64,000 nucleotides of DNA from Octopus bimaculoides. Lineage: Eukaryota. The notes beneath the pieces are model-generated. The model made no database searches and was not told the DNA's origin. It saw nothing but the letters and a program-made list of their open reading frames with translations. A program made the translations under genes and the position numbers. Below, piece by piece: positions 38,201 to 52,299 of the stretch; positions within the stretch are counted from its first letter, which is position 1, and each line of letters begins with the position of its first letter. The stretch spans positions 20,961,593 through 21,025,592 of the forward strand of contig NC_068993.1 in assembly GCF_001194135.2 (NCBI RefSeq). The letters are read 5' to 3'.

Positions 38201-38700
38201 GTTATTGTTGTTGTCACTGTGGCTGCTGTTTCTGTTGTTGTTGTTGCTGTTGCTGTTGTCGCTGTGGCTACTGTTGCTGTTGTTCTCGTTGTCGACACCG
38301 AAAGTTTTAACGTTGCTTAGAGACGAAACATTATTCTCCTCGGTGACGTCATTAAGTTTAGGTCATTCGATATCTTTGTTCTCATTTTTTTTGACGAGGA
38401 ACAGGTTCCTGTGTCGAACATTATGATGGCTTCTTTGTCAGCCATCTTTAAATACTTAAAGAAAATTGCAAAATATTTGCTCTTGCCGAAAGTAGTTAAA
38501 ATTCAAAAATTATTCATGTTCACTGCCATCAAAACGGAGTGTTTCTATACAAAAATACTATTTGCGCTGTCCAGACAATCTCAGAATTGCAATTGTAACA
38601 ATAAAAATGATCACACGGGACCTTAGAAAACCGAAAAGATTCTAAACACTTTTTCAACTTACGGAGCTCTAAATTTCAGTGACTTTACAGTAATAATACA

Positions 38701-38742
<42 letters not shown>

Positions 38743-38745
<3 letters not shown>

Positions 38746-39300
38746 GCCCAGATGCAGTACCAGGCAGTGGCTCTCATGGCTTTTGATCTTAACTGATTGG
38801 AAGTGCTATCATGTACATTGTCTTGTCTTGGTATAAAAGATGGGCTACAGTAAATATTCTGCTTAATACCACAGATTTGCTTGTCAGTTGCTTGACCATA
38901 ACCAGTTGAGTATGTCCATTAGTGGCTGCCAATGTATGCATCTCTGATCACGAGCAGAAGTAGTGGGAAGCATCGTAGCCATGTGTTGAGAGGAATTCTT
39001 TGGGGTTTGGATAATTCACCTTTGGAAACATGGGTGTTTCGTTCATCATTCTTAAACGAATCCTTTTTAGGGATCTATTGAGTGGGATGGGCTACTCAAT
39101 CTGAAGAAAATTCTAACTGAGCTCCACCTGCAAGGTAATGCGCTGTTTATCCTGATATAAGATCACCATGTAGCGCACATGTCGTTATGATGCATGTGCC
39201 TGGTGTACCCTTGTTAGATGGGTAGTCATGATTGGTATATTAGGCTTCGTATATTTCACCCCAGTGTTACTTTGATTGCATGCATTGCTCTCTCACTTAT
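38743..39300 (+). mobile_element. ~550-bp non-coding element embedded in (TAA)n
   Basis: Second copy at 59826-60345 (minus); TAA tracts in the same sense; no long ORF. Confidence 0.75.
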
Positions 39301-39304
39301 AATG

Positions 39305-39417
<113 letters not shown>

Positions 39418-39450
39418 GATGATAATAATAATAATAATAATAATAATAAT

Positions 39451-39487
<37 letters not shown>

Positions 39488-39980
39488 TGGTATAAACACA
39501 CGCCAGAAAAGGTCACAGAAAACGAGAAAGCAACCATACTCTGGGATATGCCAATACACACAGATAGAGAAATTAAGGCAAATAGACCAGATATAGTTGT
39601 CAAAGATCATGAAGGAAAAAAATGCCTTCTAATTGATGTTTCNNNNNNNNNNAAGAAATGGAAAAACTTTCAAAATACAAAGACCTGGAAATAGAGATAA
39701 CTCGAATGTGGAATCTAAAAACAGAAACAATTCCTATCATAGTAGGTGCCTTAGGTATAATAAAAAAATATTCAGACAAATACATAACAAAAACACCAGG
39801 ACTTACAAATATATATAACATACAGAAAATTGCACTACTGGGTACTGCACACATTCTACGCAAAACACTTTCAATACAGTAAACATAAGAGCACCACAGC
39901 AAACCACAACACATACCCAAGGCGCACAGAGCTGCGCTCGGTAGTGAAGTGAAAGCACGTTATAAAAATAAAACTACTGA
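39488..39980 (+). mobile_element. R4/Dong-like LINE 3' fragment, subfamily alpha
   Basis: ILWDMPIHTDREIKANRPDIVVKD...LIDV...KLSKYKDL...IPIIVGALG; 3'UTR ends in (TAA)n. Confidence 0.9.
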
Positions 39981-40001
39981 ATAATAATAATAATAATAAT
40001 A

Positions 40002-41395
40002 CTTGTCAGGACAGAAGGCATATGGTTGCTAAGTGGTGAAATGTTGAAAACAATTCAACCTCGATCCAGCTATAAATACTTGAGAATATTTGAGATAGAT
40101 GGAACCAAGCACAAACACATGCAGGAAAAGACAAAAAGAGAGTATCTGCAGCGAGTGAGAAAGATATTGGCTTCAAAGCTGAATGCCAGAAACATAATTT
40201 CGGCAATAAACTCGCGCGCAGTCGCAGTAGTTCGGTATGGCGCTGGAATCCTGAATTGGACAGAGGAGGAGTTAAAAGAGATGGACAGGATGTCAACAAA
40301 GCTCCTAACGATGCATGGAGCCCGTCATCCACGTACAGATACTGATCACCTATGCATGCAGAGAGCAAAAGGAGGAACTAGACTGGTAAGTGTGGAAGAC
40401 TGCGTGTGTATCGAACTCGAGAGCTTGATGAGATACCTAGCCCAAAGTAAGGATACATTACTAGTGACAGTTAGGAATGAGGGAGTATTGAAAGTAGAGA
40501 AAAAAGGGAAACAAAACAAAGGAAGAAGTACAAAAAGGACATGAAAAAGAATTAGGCAAGAAGGGACTACAAATCAATTCCATATAGCTACAACAGAAGT
40601 TGCTGGAAAAAATAAGTGGGATTGGCTGAAGGAAGGAACACTTGAAAAAGGGACTGATAGCACTATACTGGCAGCGCAAGACCAAGCCTTGGACACGAAC
40701 TTGAGGGTCAACCTTAGGAATGAGCAAGTGTCTCCGCTGTGCCGCATCCGCAATAGTGTGGATGAAACCATTGCCTATGTCACGAACGAATGCCCTAGAT
40801 TTGCCCAAAAGCACTACAATTTGAGGCGACATGATCAGGTAGCGAAAGTGTTACATTGGAACATATGCAAAAAGTTGGGGCTAGAGAGAGACGAGACGTG
40901 GTATGAGGACACACCGCAGGGCGTGGCGGAGTCGGCGACTAGCAAAATCCTCTGGGATTTCCCAATCCAAACAGATCAGATGCTAGAGTATAAAAGACCT
41001 GACCTAGTGGTGGTGGACAAGGTGCACCACATGTGCTACATAGTTGATGTTGCATGTCCCTTTGATCCATAAATAGTCAAGAAGGAAGGAGAAAAGATAG
41101 ATAAACCCCTCTTAAGTACGAAATAGCGCGGCTATGGAAAATGAAGGAGGTTAAGATAGTGCCAATTATTGTTGGGTTTTTGGGAACAGTACCAGAAGGC
41201 ATCAAGAGGAATATAAAGGAAATTGGAATAGAGCGCCCAGTAGAAGTGTTACAAAAGCTTTGCCTCCTTGGCAAATGATCAGGAAAATACTAGATAGCGG
41301 AAAAGAAAGGATAGCATGCTACCGTAGGCTGAAGGTAGCAAGCCCGCTACACAAGCAAGACTCCAGGAGCTCCAGCAAAACCTGTGATAAAGAGA

Positions 41396-41396
<1 letters not shown>
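40002..41396 (+). mobile_element. R4/Dong-like LINE 3' fragment, subfamily beta
   Basis: YKYL, CRIRNSVDETIAYVTNEC knuckle, LWDFPIQTD..RPDLVVVD..IVDVACP; ends in (TAA)n. Confidence 0.9.
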
Positions 41397-41428
<32 letters not shown>

Positions 41429-41430
<2 letters not shown>

Positions 41431-42302
41431 CAAACGAACTTAAAAACCAGAAAAAAGAACAGAATTTATCTGACTGGCAGGAGAAGGCGTTGCATGATAG
41501 ATTTCCAAAAATACTTTCAGCAAATAGTAGTAGTGAGACATGGTTATGGTTGTAGAAGGGAAAGCTGAAGAGGGAAATAGAAAGTTTATTAGTAGTTGCA
41601 CAAGATCAAGCATTAAGGACTAATTGGATAAAAGCCAAAATAGACAAAAATCAAGTAGATTCCCAATGAAGATTATACAAATCAAAAGAGGAAAGTGTTA
41701 CTCATACAGTAAGTGAATGTAGCATGCCGGCGCAGAAAGAATACGAGAAAAGACATTACAATCTAGGGAGAGCAATCCAGTGGGAGCTGTGTAGAAAGCT
41801 AGGATTTGAACATAGTAATAAATTCTATGAACATGAACCTAATAAAGTTCTACAATGTAAGAAATATAAGATGTTGTGGGACTTTAACATTCAGACTGAC
41901 AGAGTAATAGAATGTAGAAGGCCTGATTTGATAGTAGTCGATAAAGAGAATAGAAAGTGCCAGATAATTAACTTTACAGTCCCAAATGATGATAAAATTA
42001 ATAGGAGAAGTATAGAAAAAATAGTGAAGTACCAGGACCTACCTATTGAATTACAGAGACTATGGAAAGTGCGGGCAAAATGTATCCCTGTAGTTATCGG
42101 TGCATTAGGAACTATCCCTAATCATCTGAACAGATAGATTGAGGAAATAGGCATAAAACCCAGTTTTGTAGAGCTGCAGAAAACAGTGTTATTAGGGACA
42201 GCTAAGATGTTCTTGGCATCTAAGAGGGTTCTTGGCATCTAAGGCTATTTGTAGCCTGATGTTAAGATTTTTTTTCCAACAGTCTAATCTGTTGAGTGTA
42301 TA

Positions 42303-42304
<2 letters not shown>
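41429..42304 (+). mobile_element. R4/Dong-like LINE 3' fragment, subfamily gamma
   Basis: LWDFNIQTDRVIECRRPDLIVVD...KYQDL..IPVVIGALG; ends in (TAA)n. Confidence 0.88.
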
Positions 42305-42365
<61 letters not shown>

Positions 42366-42860
42366 GTTATTAGAAAAGCGAAAATAGGATATGTACTTGG
42401 TGGAATTAAGATAAACCATCTGTTATTGATGGATGATTTTAAGCTATTTGTGAAAGATGAGCAAAAAAAACTGACAGCTTAACATCTACTACAAACCTGA
42501 TTAGTCAGGATATTGGGATAAAAGAAATATGGAACTGTAACCTTAAAATGTGGAAAACTAAGAAAAAGTAGAAGTATTGAGCTTGCAAATGACCAAATGA
42601 TTAAAGAAGTGCGAGAGGAAGCATACAAGTGTTTGGGAGTCTCTGTGATGGATTAGATCAAAGAGAAAGAAATGGAGATATTAAAAAAAATAATACATCT
42701 CAGGCTGGTGAAACTTACTATCATCTAAACTGAATAGAAGAAATAAGATCAAGGCAACGAATACAGGGGCTGTGTCTCTCATGCTCAATGGGGCTGAAGT
42801 TATTAAATGGAAGAAAAATGAATTAGAAAGTATTGATAGGAAAACGAGGAAATTTTTGAG
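42366..42860 (+). mobile_element. R4/Dong-like RT fragment lacking its 3' end
   Basis: KINHLLLMDDFKLF, YKCLG, IDRKTRKFL. Confidence 0.75.
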
Positions 42861-43985
42861 ATTGTCAAATTCTTTTATCGAAATATTAAGATCACAAAGG
42901 ATACTCATGTCGATCAATAAATAGACATAATCATTTTCGTCTTTTGCAACAATATCCGGCTTATTAGTCTTGATACTACTGGCGGTATGTAGTGGGAAAC
43001 CCCAAAGAATTGTTACATTTTCTCCCCTCAGTTACAGTCACAGTTTGGTGCTTTTACCACTTGTCAACGGTTTTGATTTTATGATACCGACATATCAACT
43101 ATTGACCAACTCTGTTATGCCTTGATCTATACTCCTCTGGTGCTAAAACTTTACGTCCAGAGATTAAGTAGTCTACTTTTTCAATCTCATCATTGCAGAA
43201 TCGTTATTTTGGATCGACTCCATTTTTCATCACCATGACTTGATTGTTCCGGCTCAATAAGCTTCGAGATTGAACCACTAAGATGGAGTCTTCGCCCTCT
43301 ATCTTTAGCTCTGAACTCCGTAGCTACTAATGAGTGTGCTTCTGGTCAACATTAGCTTGTTTGCTACGGGCCACACATTTGCCAGCCATTTGTTCATGTG
43401 CTCTTTTCTTTGCCATTAATTTTATTTTGTTTGCAGCATCAGTTGCCACCCTCGACTCATGCTGTCCAGCCTGGTTATCACCCTCGAAATCAATAGCAAA
43501 TGTTTTGTTCTCCTTCAAGAAATATTGAAGCTTTTTACGATTATCGTGATTTTCAACCAGTTTTAGCATCCAATCGTCAGTTGTTTCAAGATATTCGGTC
43601 AGTTCAGTTGTGGTAATTTTACAAGAAAGCTCAAACTGGATAAAGTCTTGACCTCCATCGGCTATGGAAAGGTAAAAAAACGATCCACATCAGCTTTTGG
43701 GTGGTGCATCTTATTACAAATTAGAAGTTTACGAACTTTCCTGTCAATTTTTTTCAACTTTAAGTAACAACTATAAGTAAGCAGCTATAAGTAGCAACAG
43801 GAATTGCTAAGGAATTTATGGCAAGAATACTCGAGCTCTCTTATAACATTCCTTCCTGATCTCTTTTTTCATATTTACATGCTGGATGCTAGAGCCATAA
43901 TTAATTCCTAGGTTTGTTCTTGCTGAAGTTCTTTTATAACTGTTTCAACATTTAACATCTTACGACAAACGTATACCCAATCTAT
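42860..43985 (-). mobile_element. R4/Dong-like fragment in opposite orientation
   Basis: KIDRKVRKLL..MHHPKADVDR and NKPDIVAKD..LLIDMSILCDLNISIKEFD. Confidence 0.75.
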
Positions 43986-44053
43986 CCTAAAATGTCAGGA
44001 CAGCGATATCTCTTAACCCTATCAGAAGTAGAAAGACCATACAAGCAAGCAAG

Positions 44054-44163
<110 letters not shown>

Positions 44164-45097
44164 CATTGCAACGAATCACTGAATGTCTTCATCCCATATC
44201 TCAGTACTTATGGCGTAATATTTTCTTCAATGATTCAGGTAAACGTTTCGAAGAAAGAGCAAATAACGGCAGAAAGTTGATGCAACTCGAACCTGACATG
44301 AGGAATCCTCACTGGGGCTCCCAAAATAAGGATAGCCATGGATAAAAGGTGGAGATGAATCCCGCAAGTTAAGAAGAAAACTGCTATTAATGACTGTAAA
44401 AAAAAAAAAGTTTTGTATTCTTACACAATGGGAAATAAAACGAAGGAACAACAATGTATGATGTAGTCTTTGTTGTATAAGTTTTAGCCCTCTAACTTAG
44501 GAGTTTATAGATATGTATGTATTTGATTCCTTGCATCCGTCCAAAATCTCATGTTTTGTGTAGAGCTCCGCATTTATATTATTGACTGTAATATATATTT
44601 CCAAAAACTTTTCTGATTTATCCCATGGAATAAATGTAGTCCATTTTAACAATATTTAACAGTATTTAACAATATTGTCGCCGGAATGCATTCTTTATTT
44701 AACGTTATTCAGTTGTCGACTTACTGAACGATTGCTTCATCTTCTCTAATCTAAAGCATTTCTGTCGCACATCTGATATCCATCAACTTCTGTCTATGAT
44801 ACATTTCAATTTCCTCACCCTAAGCTATATGCAAACATCAGGCTTTCCTTCTTGATGTGACAAAAATCTTTCGTAGTAAAAGGAGATGAAAATAATCTAC
44901 ATTTTGAGGATGGGAAGTTTTGTTACGCTAAGAGTTATTTCCCTTCGATCGAGTATTATAATATGTCAAAATAAAACTCTAATGCCACGTACTCTGTTGG
45001 GGCACATGAGCATAGGATTAATAGGGAGAATAATATTCACATTTCATCACAATCACACACACTCATATATATGTATATGTGTATATGTATGTATATA

Positions 45098-45137
<40 letters not shown>

Positions 45138-45689
45138 NNNNNNNNNNNNNNNNNNNNNNNNNNNNNNNNNNNNNNNNNNNNNNNNNNNNNNNNNNNNNNN
45201 NNNNNNNNNNNNNNNNNNNNNNNNNNNNNNNNNNNNNNNNNNNNNNNNNNNNNNNNNNNNNNNNNNNNNNNNNNNNNNNNNNNNNNNNNNNNNNNNNNNN
45301 NNNNNNNNNNNNNNNNNNNNNNNNNNNNNNNNNNNNNNNNNNNNNNNNNNNNNNNNNNNNNNNNNNNNNNNNNNNNNNNNNNNNNNNNNNNNNNNNNNNN
45401 NNNNNNNNNNNNNNNNNNNNNNNNNNNNNNNNNNNNNNNNNNNNNNNNNNNNNNNNNNNNNNNNNNNNNNNNNNNNNNNNNNNNAGATAATGAGAGTGAA
45501 AAAACTACAGAAGGCTTGTGTTACATGGTTAAAGTATATATTTAAATTATGTCAGAAAAATGTAAGAAAAATGTTAGAAAAATGTTATAAAATCTTTTTG
45601 GTATATAAACATTGTATTTTGAGAAATAACCGGTTTCGTGTTGTCTTTTCAAGTTTCTCTACTTCATTGTGTCGTATACATATATACAT

Positions 45690-45995
45690 CCTTTAAGTGT
45701 CGATAAAATAAGTTCCAGTTTAGGACTGGGGTCGATGTCATCGACTTACCTCCATTCCTATTATTGCTGGCCTTTTGCCAAAATTTGAAACCATTACTAA
45801 TAAAATTAAAATCGACGAGCAGCAGAATCATTAATGCGCCGGGCAAAATGTTTAGTGGAATTTTTTCCGGTTCTTTACATTCTGAATTCTAATGGTACCG
45901 AGATCGACTTTACCTGTTTGAGCACTGAGATCGATGTAAGCAACTTCCCCCTCCTCTCACAATTACCGGGCTTGTGCTCGAAATTGAATCTATTG
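45690..45995 (+). mobile_element. Two degenerate SINE family B pieces
   Basis: ctggggtcgatgtcatcgacttac tail and a second head-to-tail copy. Confidence 0.65.
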
Positions 45996-46260
45996 TTAAT
46001 AATTTTATGATTTCAGTCGTTTTGATTTTATTGCATGGTCTCTTTATTCCAGTCTTGGGTATTTGTAATATTTTGCCCTGGTTTGGTATTTCCTACTGCA
46101 TTGAAAGTGAATATCCTTGTCGGTATACCTAGTGATGAAGAATTGTTCCCATAACACTAATTCTGATCTTTACACCTCCCTAAAGCAAGATGTCTTCATT
46201 TACTTATGTATGAAACACTCAATTTCGTGAAAATATTGTCTATGAAAAAGTATGCCTTAT

Positions 46261-46986
46261 AGGGCTTTTCTATAAGGTGTTATCCACCCCTGATTGGAAC
46301 TCTCCCGTATGACATGTACGCATGCTCAGTGACTTGCTTTAACAGTTGCAATCAGCTGAATGCACATTGCCAGTGACATTTGACATAATTACCCACACTC
46401 TGTGGTCAGGATTCTCTTTTTGGTTTGATGTCGGTATCGAAGGGATTACCAGACACCGGACGATACAGTGAGAGCAGCTTTCACTCACATCGTGGTATTC
46501 GATGCTGTGTACGTGTCTGTCGTGGTAAAATATGCCACTCCTTAACTGTTGCTTTGATTTCATCCGTAGCACGAGGTAATTATGTCATTATCTGTGAANN
46601 NNNNNNNNNNNNNNNNNNNNNNNNNNNNNNNNNNNNNNNNNNNNNNNNNNNNNNNNNNNNNNNNNNNNNNNNNNNNNNNNGTCCGATACTTCAGACTTAT
46701 CGTCCGATGAATTTACTTTGTTGACATTCTTCATCGACAAAATTTTTATTCCTTTCAACCTTTCAGTCAAGTCCGCCTTTCTTCCAATAACATACTGTCC
46801 ATATAATCTTAAATATTTCTTTAACTCAGGCACAGTAAGTACTTCGATAGCTGAATCATCAAGCTGCTTTATATCCATGATAAGACGTAAAACAATAACA
46901 ATGGCGTGGGTTAGCCTCCGGAAGTTTAATTATCTACATGGAGCGCCGCCTAGCCAAGGGAGATAACCTACTTATAGGAAAGCCCT
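46261..46986 (-). mobile_element. Non-autonomous DNA transposon carrying a SAP-domain ORF remnant (ISL2EU/PHIS-like, tentative)
   Basis: TIR AGGGCTTT(T/C)CTATAAG; AT on both sides; ORF 46878-46680 LTVPELKKYLRLYGQYVIGRKADLTERL fits the SAP motif. Confidence 0.7.
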
Positions 46987-49900
46987 ATAGTTGATCACGG
47001 TTGACATCAGTACGTCAGTTTTAGCTGCTATTTTACGCATTAAATAGCAGCAAAAACTACAAATTTAGATTAACTATAAAAACAAGATTGTTTTGGCCTT
47101 GGTCATTTTTCTTACTATTCAGTATTTCAAATTGGCGTTTTATGATCCAACTTAATAAGAGTAAATGAAATGATGTCCAAAACTACTGTCCTTTTGAAAA
47201 TTTTATATATATTATTATGAGACTGGATTTGGCACTCATCATGTTGAATGAAAACTGTAGTAAGTGTGAGCTACTTTTTCATGTTATTTTATAAGCTAAC
47301 TATGATGTCGAGAAATTCCAGCGTTTTGATATGCTAGTCATACGGATTTGAATTAATGCCTTCGTATAGTCGATTCAGGCACTTAGCATCATCCAATACC
47401 ATCTTGTTAATAAGAAGCTAATCGATTACCTATACAACTCGGTACACGATATATCTACTCTGCTGGAATTACATTCATTCAAATGTTTCATTATTACGTT
47501 GAATAGAATTTGGGAGGGCATACCATAAAAAACTGGTATCCGAGTGATGAATGATAGTTATATGGGTCATCTGTTATTCTTTGTTTTAAGAACATTGTTG
47601 TCTGCAGTTGTAGAACCATCTACGCAACTGTGCGGGAAAGAAAAATTGTTGAGAGATATGAGATGAAACATATACATAGCATTCAACATACATGAATATA
47701 TCTTTTCAGATGTATTCATGAATACATGAATACATGAATACATTATATCCTTTGATTCAGAGCTGCTTTATTTGGTCCATGAGGGGCTGGATCGCTTTTC
47801 AAACAACTCTGAAATTCATGTCGGATTCGTTGTTGCCGCAGTCATTTCTCCAGCTGCATTTTGGGTTTGCTTTTCATCTTCGGCTTGCTATTCTTCCTCT
47901 TTTTCCCCACTCTCCTTCGTTTTCCTCTTCGCTTCCATTGTCAAAAGACGAAGGGATAGAATTCTTGGTTGGAGAAATGGAAAGAGCTTTGGCTTGTCTG
48001 CTTCTTGGACGAAAGAAGCAAATTCTCCAGGTAAGGCCATAATATAAACAGACATAGTCGATGAAGTTTTTCGTTAAAAGAATACCAGAATGTTAACCTC
48101 ATCTGCAGTAGAATGTGCCAAAAATTTTAACAGTTCGTTTTGGTTGCATCAAACTCTAGCATGGACTGTATTTAGCGGGAAGCCATCTTAGGGATTGGTT
48201 TTTCCTTCGTGAGTCGGCGAATCATCCAAAATTTTACTCTATGTATTTTTAAATAATATCCTGTAATATTGATGTGTTTTTTTATGATTACAAATATATG
48301 TTGTTCTTATTTTATACATTTCTAACGCATTTCTTTGCACCTCATCTCTGTCTCTCTTTCACCTCCTTCGTTTTCATATAATTTTGTCTTGTTCTTTCTT
48401 ACACGTTTTTGTGACACCCACAGTTACAGTTTTTCATGCATTGTATTTCATGAATGTATTGAATCTAATTGCTTTCAATGGTAATAAAAAGATTATTGTT
48501 GTTGTTGTTGTTGTTGTTGTTGTTATTATCATTGTTGATATTATTGATTAGGTACTCTTTGTAGCGATTGTCTACATTTTATTGCTATCGGATATTTATC
48601 TAACCCTGGAGAAATGAAACCTATTGTGAACAGCAATAACATCGACATCAACAACTTTGTCAACAAACTACAAAACGAAGTAACAAACTCAGAAAGACAC
48701 ATCAGAAATATCCCAACCCACACAAACTTCGAAACTAAAACATATAAACTGTGGCAATAATAGCATAGGAACATATCTATTTCACGAAAACAAAAAGAGA
48801 TAAAATATTTGTTCAATATTTAGTTACAGAAAATATAGCAATATATTACTGAGGAGCATAAAAGATATTCTTGCATTTATTTCAAATATAAAGCAAAGAA
48901 ATTCCCGCATTTAAAATATGCTCGAAGCAAGTGCCTCTGTGATCTTTGCGACTATACCGGACTACAGCAGAAATGAAAAAAGTAAAGAAAGAAAACAACA
49001 GGAAAAAACCAGTTACGAACAAAATAAGCTGGTCGCCTCTACCCACAAGGATAATATATCAAAATAAAAGCAAATTACATCAAAATGCCGTCAGGCGAAG
49101 AAACAGAATACTCTGGGAGAGGTTTATTCACAACTAAGAGAACAACGATGGGCTGAAGATGAATATGCAACTACAGAAATGCAAGAGGACAAACAATGCA
49201 TGTGCTGTAAGTATTGTGATGTCAGTAAGTTCTGGAATCTTACAATTGACGCATTAACTACCTTATTACTTACTTACAATTAACTTTCTTATTTACAATT
49301 GATACAGTAACTACCTAATAACTACCCACAGAGTATGACAGAAGTTATTTTTTTAGAAGCATAAAATAATGCCTAAATCACTTAACAAAGGAATAACAAC
49401 TTTTAACGAGCCCCTGATGTTAACAGTCTATAAAGGCATTGACATCAATTGCTGGTAACGAGTAAAGCTGGAAAAACATGAGCTCTGATAGGAAATAGTA
49501 AGATTGAAAGGGAACTTACTTATCTGCAGAACTGTAAGCTGTAATAAAAGAAAAACAAGATCAGGTTCATGATATGTATTGATTAATCAAAACCTTTGAA
49601 CGTTTGCCTCTTACTGATACTTCGGAAGGAGGAAAATTCATAACACCAGATAGTATAGGAGGTATGAAGAGAATTAGATCAAGGAAAAATATATACACAG
49701 AAATGTTTGGTATTGTGTAAATTTATAGAAAAAAAGGATCGTTAATGAACGAACGTTATGGACATAGCATAAGACAAGAAAGATATAAAAGCTAGAAATA
49801 TAAAGATAAGAGTAAATAATCCGCAAGTTTTAAATGCTTTCCCACTTCATCCTATGATGTACCTTGACACATCCTCGATTATGTTTTCTGGGGTCAACAG

Positions 49901-50405
49901 GTGTTTGGTGTCTTTTAACATCAGACACCCTTATCCAGGTGACCCACAAGGAACTGATCAAACGCCAGCTTGTGCCTAGCTAGCATTACCCCTGGTAACA
50001 CTGCCCTACCCAAGGTTCCCATTTCTTGATCTACAACCATCTTGAGGCAACATCCGCTGTCTCTACAGCCAACCTAACAGCCTTCCGCCTACTGGCCTAC
50101 TGGCCCGTGTGACACTAAACATATTGCAAGCTACAATTATACTCAAATAGCGATTAAATTAATTTGTAAATCAATACATAAAATATAATATCAACTAATT
50201 ATTAATTAATAAAAGAAAAACGAAGAAAGTTGTCACAGCATTTAGAAAACACCTGTTTAAAATAACCAAATGTTCTATCGTATAAAATCCTTCAAAACTT
50301 CTTAAAAACTGAAAAGATTTGTAGTTGCTTCGCAGAGAGGAACTGATTACTGTCTAAACTGACTGACATGTTGGTTAACAGTAGTGAATAACTAATGTTA
50401 CAATA

Positions 50406-51680
50406 TGAGAGTCGGCTGAAAGATTCATAGCCTGACCAAGATACTTTCATGGAATGTAACCAAATGAGGTTTAGTTTTCAACATAGTCTTCCTTGCCGTG
50501 CACTCTTCTTCTGTCGTTGCAGTGTTTGGATCCCATTGATGAAGATGCTTTCATCTGTTGGTCAAAAAGTCATCAACAACAGATACGATACCATCATCAC
50601 TGCGGTACTGGTTCCTAGCCAAGTGTTTTTTCATGATGATTGGGGAACAGATGATAGTCAGACGGGGCCAAATCAAGAGAATATGGAGAGTGATCAACCA
50701 ATGTAAAACCATAGTCACGAACAGAAGACATTGAAATCAACGACTTGTGTGCTGGAGGAATGTTTTGGTGAAGCGAAGCTCCTTTCGTCTCTTTTCCCGA
50801 GCGTTTGGGCTTGATAGACTTTCGTAACTGATTCAGTAAGTTTCCATAGTACTCTCCATTGAAGATAATCAATAAACATAATGCCTTTGGCATAAAAAAG
50901 GAGGCCATCACCTATCCTGTAGAGGAAATGACCATGATCTTCTTTGGAGCATATGAAGAGGGATGTTTCACTCCATGAGTTGTCTCTTTGTCTCTGGTTG
51001 AAAGTGGTGAACCCAACATTCGTCCTGAGTTAGGAAACATTCACGAAAACCACACTGGATCTGCTTCAAACAATGTCAGATTTTCTCGTGATGTGATCAA
51101 TTTGGGGCATTTTTTTATCAGGTGTCAGAAGAAATTGTACCCACCGAGCAGAAACCTTCATAAGGCCAAGTTCATTGTGCAACAGATTCTCAACTCTCAC
51201 GGGATACGATAATAGCATTGGCTATCTTATATATAGTCAATCGTCTATCCTTCATCACCATACAGTGAACAATATCAATGTTTTTCTCGGTGGTGACAGT
51301 TACAAGACGTCCAGAGCTTGGGTCATCTTCAAGAATCTCCGTTTCCCTCCTAAATTCAGCTGCCTACGGTTGCACTGTTGATTAAGCAGGAGCGTCATCC
51401 CCTAATGTAGCAACCATGTCAGCATGAATGTCGTTGGGGGTTAAACTCTTTCTCTGCAGGTACTTGACTAACTCCACAGTGCCAAATTTTGTCCATTTTC
51501 AAGAGAAGTCGCTACTTGTTACTTTTGAAGTCTTCTTTGAAAAGTCAGATGTCAGTTTACTCAGAAAGAAACAATGGAGTTATTTATTAATAAAGAGAGT
51601 TGAAATTAATGCATGTAAGATTTCATAGCTCTAGCATCACTCCTTCTTAGTGAGCCTATGAACTTTTCAACCCACTCTCG
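50406..51680 (-). mobile_element. Full-length degenerate mariner (1275 bp)
   Basis: TIRs cgagagtgggttgaaaagttcataggctcac / tgagagtcggctgaaagattcatagcctgac, TA TSD; HSPYSLDLAPSDYHLFP motif. Confidence 0.9.
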
Positions 51681-52299
51681 TACATTATTCTTCTGGAGAG
51701 TAGGTCTGTTAGGTTGTCTAGTGCATCTGCATGAACTCTGTTATCTGATAGCCAGGAAAAAGTCTGTTTCTATAAGGCATTAGATACAGTACTGAGAAAT
51801 AACTTAATAAGACAAAGCCATGCTTGTAGCTGATTTTAATGCAACAGTATAGAATATGAAAAAACAAAACTGGAAACAAATGACAAAGACCAGCATGTTG
51901 GGGTAACTAATAGAAATAGCATTAGACTGCATTTTCTATGTGCAGAGAAAGACATTTTACCAATTTCATGTTCCAACAGAAAAAAACTCAGGATTTCATG
52001 GATATATCTTAGACTAAAAAACATAGTCAAGACTATAGTCCTCAAAGATATTCTTCTCATCTATGCATTAAGAGAGCTGAATGTTGGATTACTGTATGAT
52101 AAAGACACAGTTTAGATTATAGGCACGTCCTTAACTATATTCTAAAGCATCAAAACATGAACGAGCTCATCAGATGCAAGCGGGATAGATCGGATAATTA
52201 TATGGATTTCCGTCATTCTGTAGATGCCAAACCGAAAAACCTTTGAGGTATTCATAACATGACAATCCTCCGTTCTGTTCACCTCTAACAATTCTGTTG

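Noticed and set aside
38751-38800. HDV-like pseudoknot order (P1-P2-P3-P3'-P1'-P2') at the 5' end of the 550-bp element
   Set aside because: P2 pairs 8 of 9 positions, but only 3 nt separate P1' and P2', leaving no P1.1 G, P4 or proper catalytic J4/2. Not supportable without a consensus and a cleavage assay.
47760-48030. Open frames ending at a strong CAG|GTAAGG donor
   Set aside because: Two overlapping frames with no recognisable domain or partner exon; the opposite strand looks like decayed LINE ORF1.
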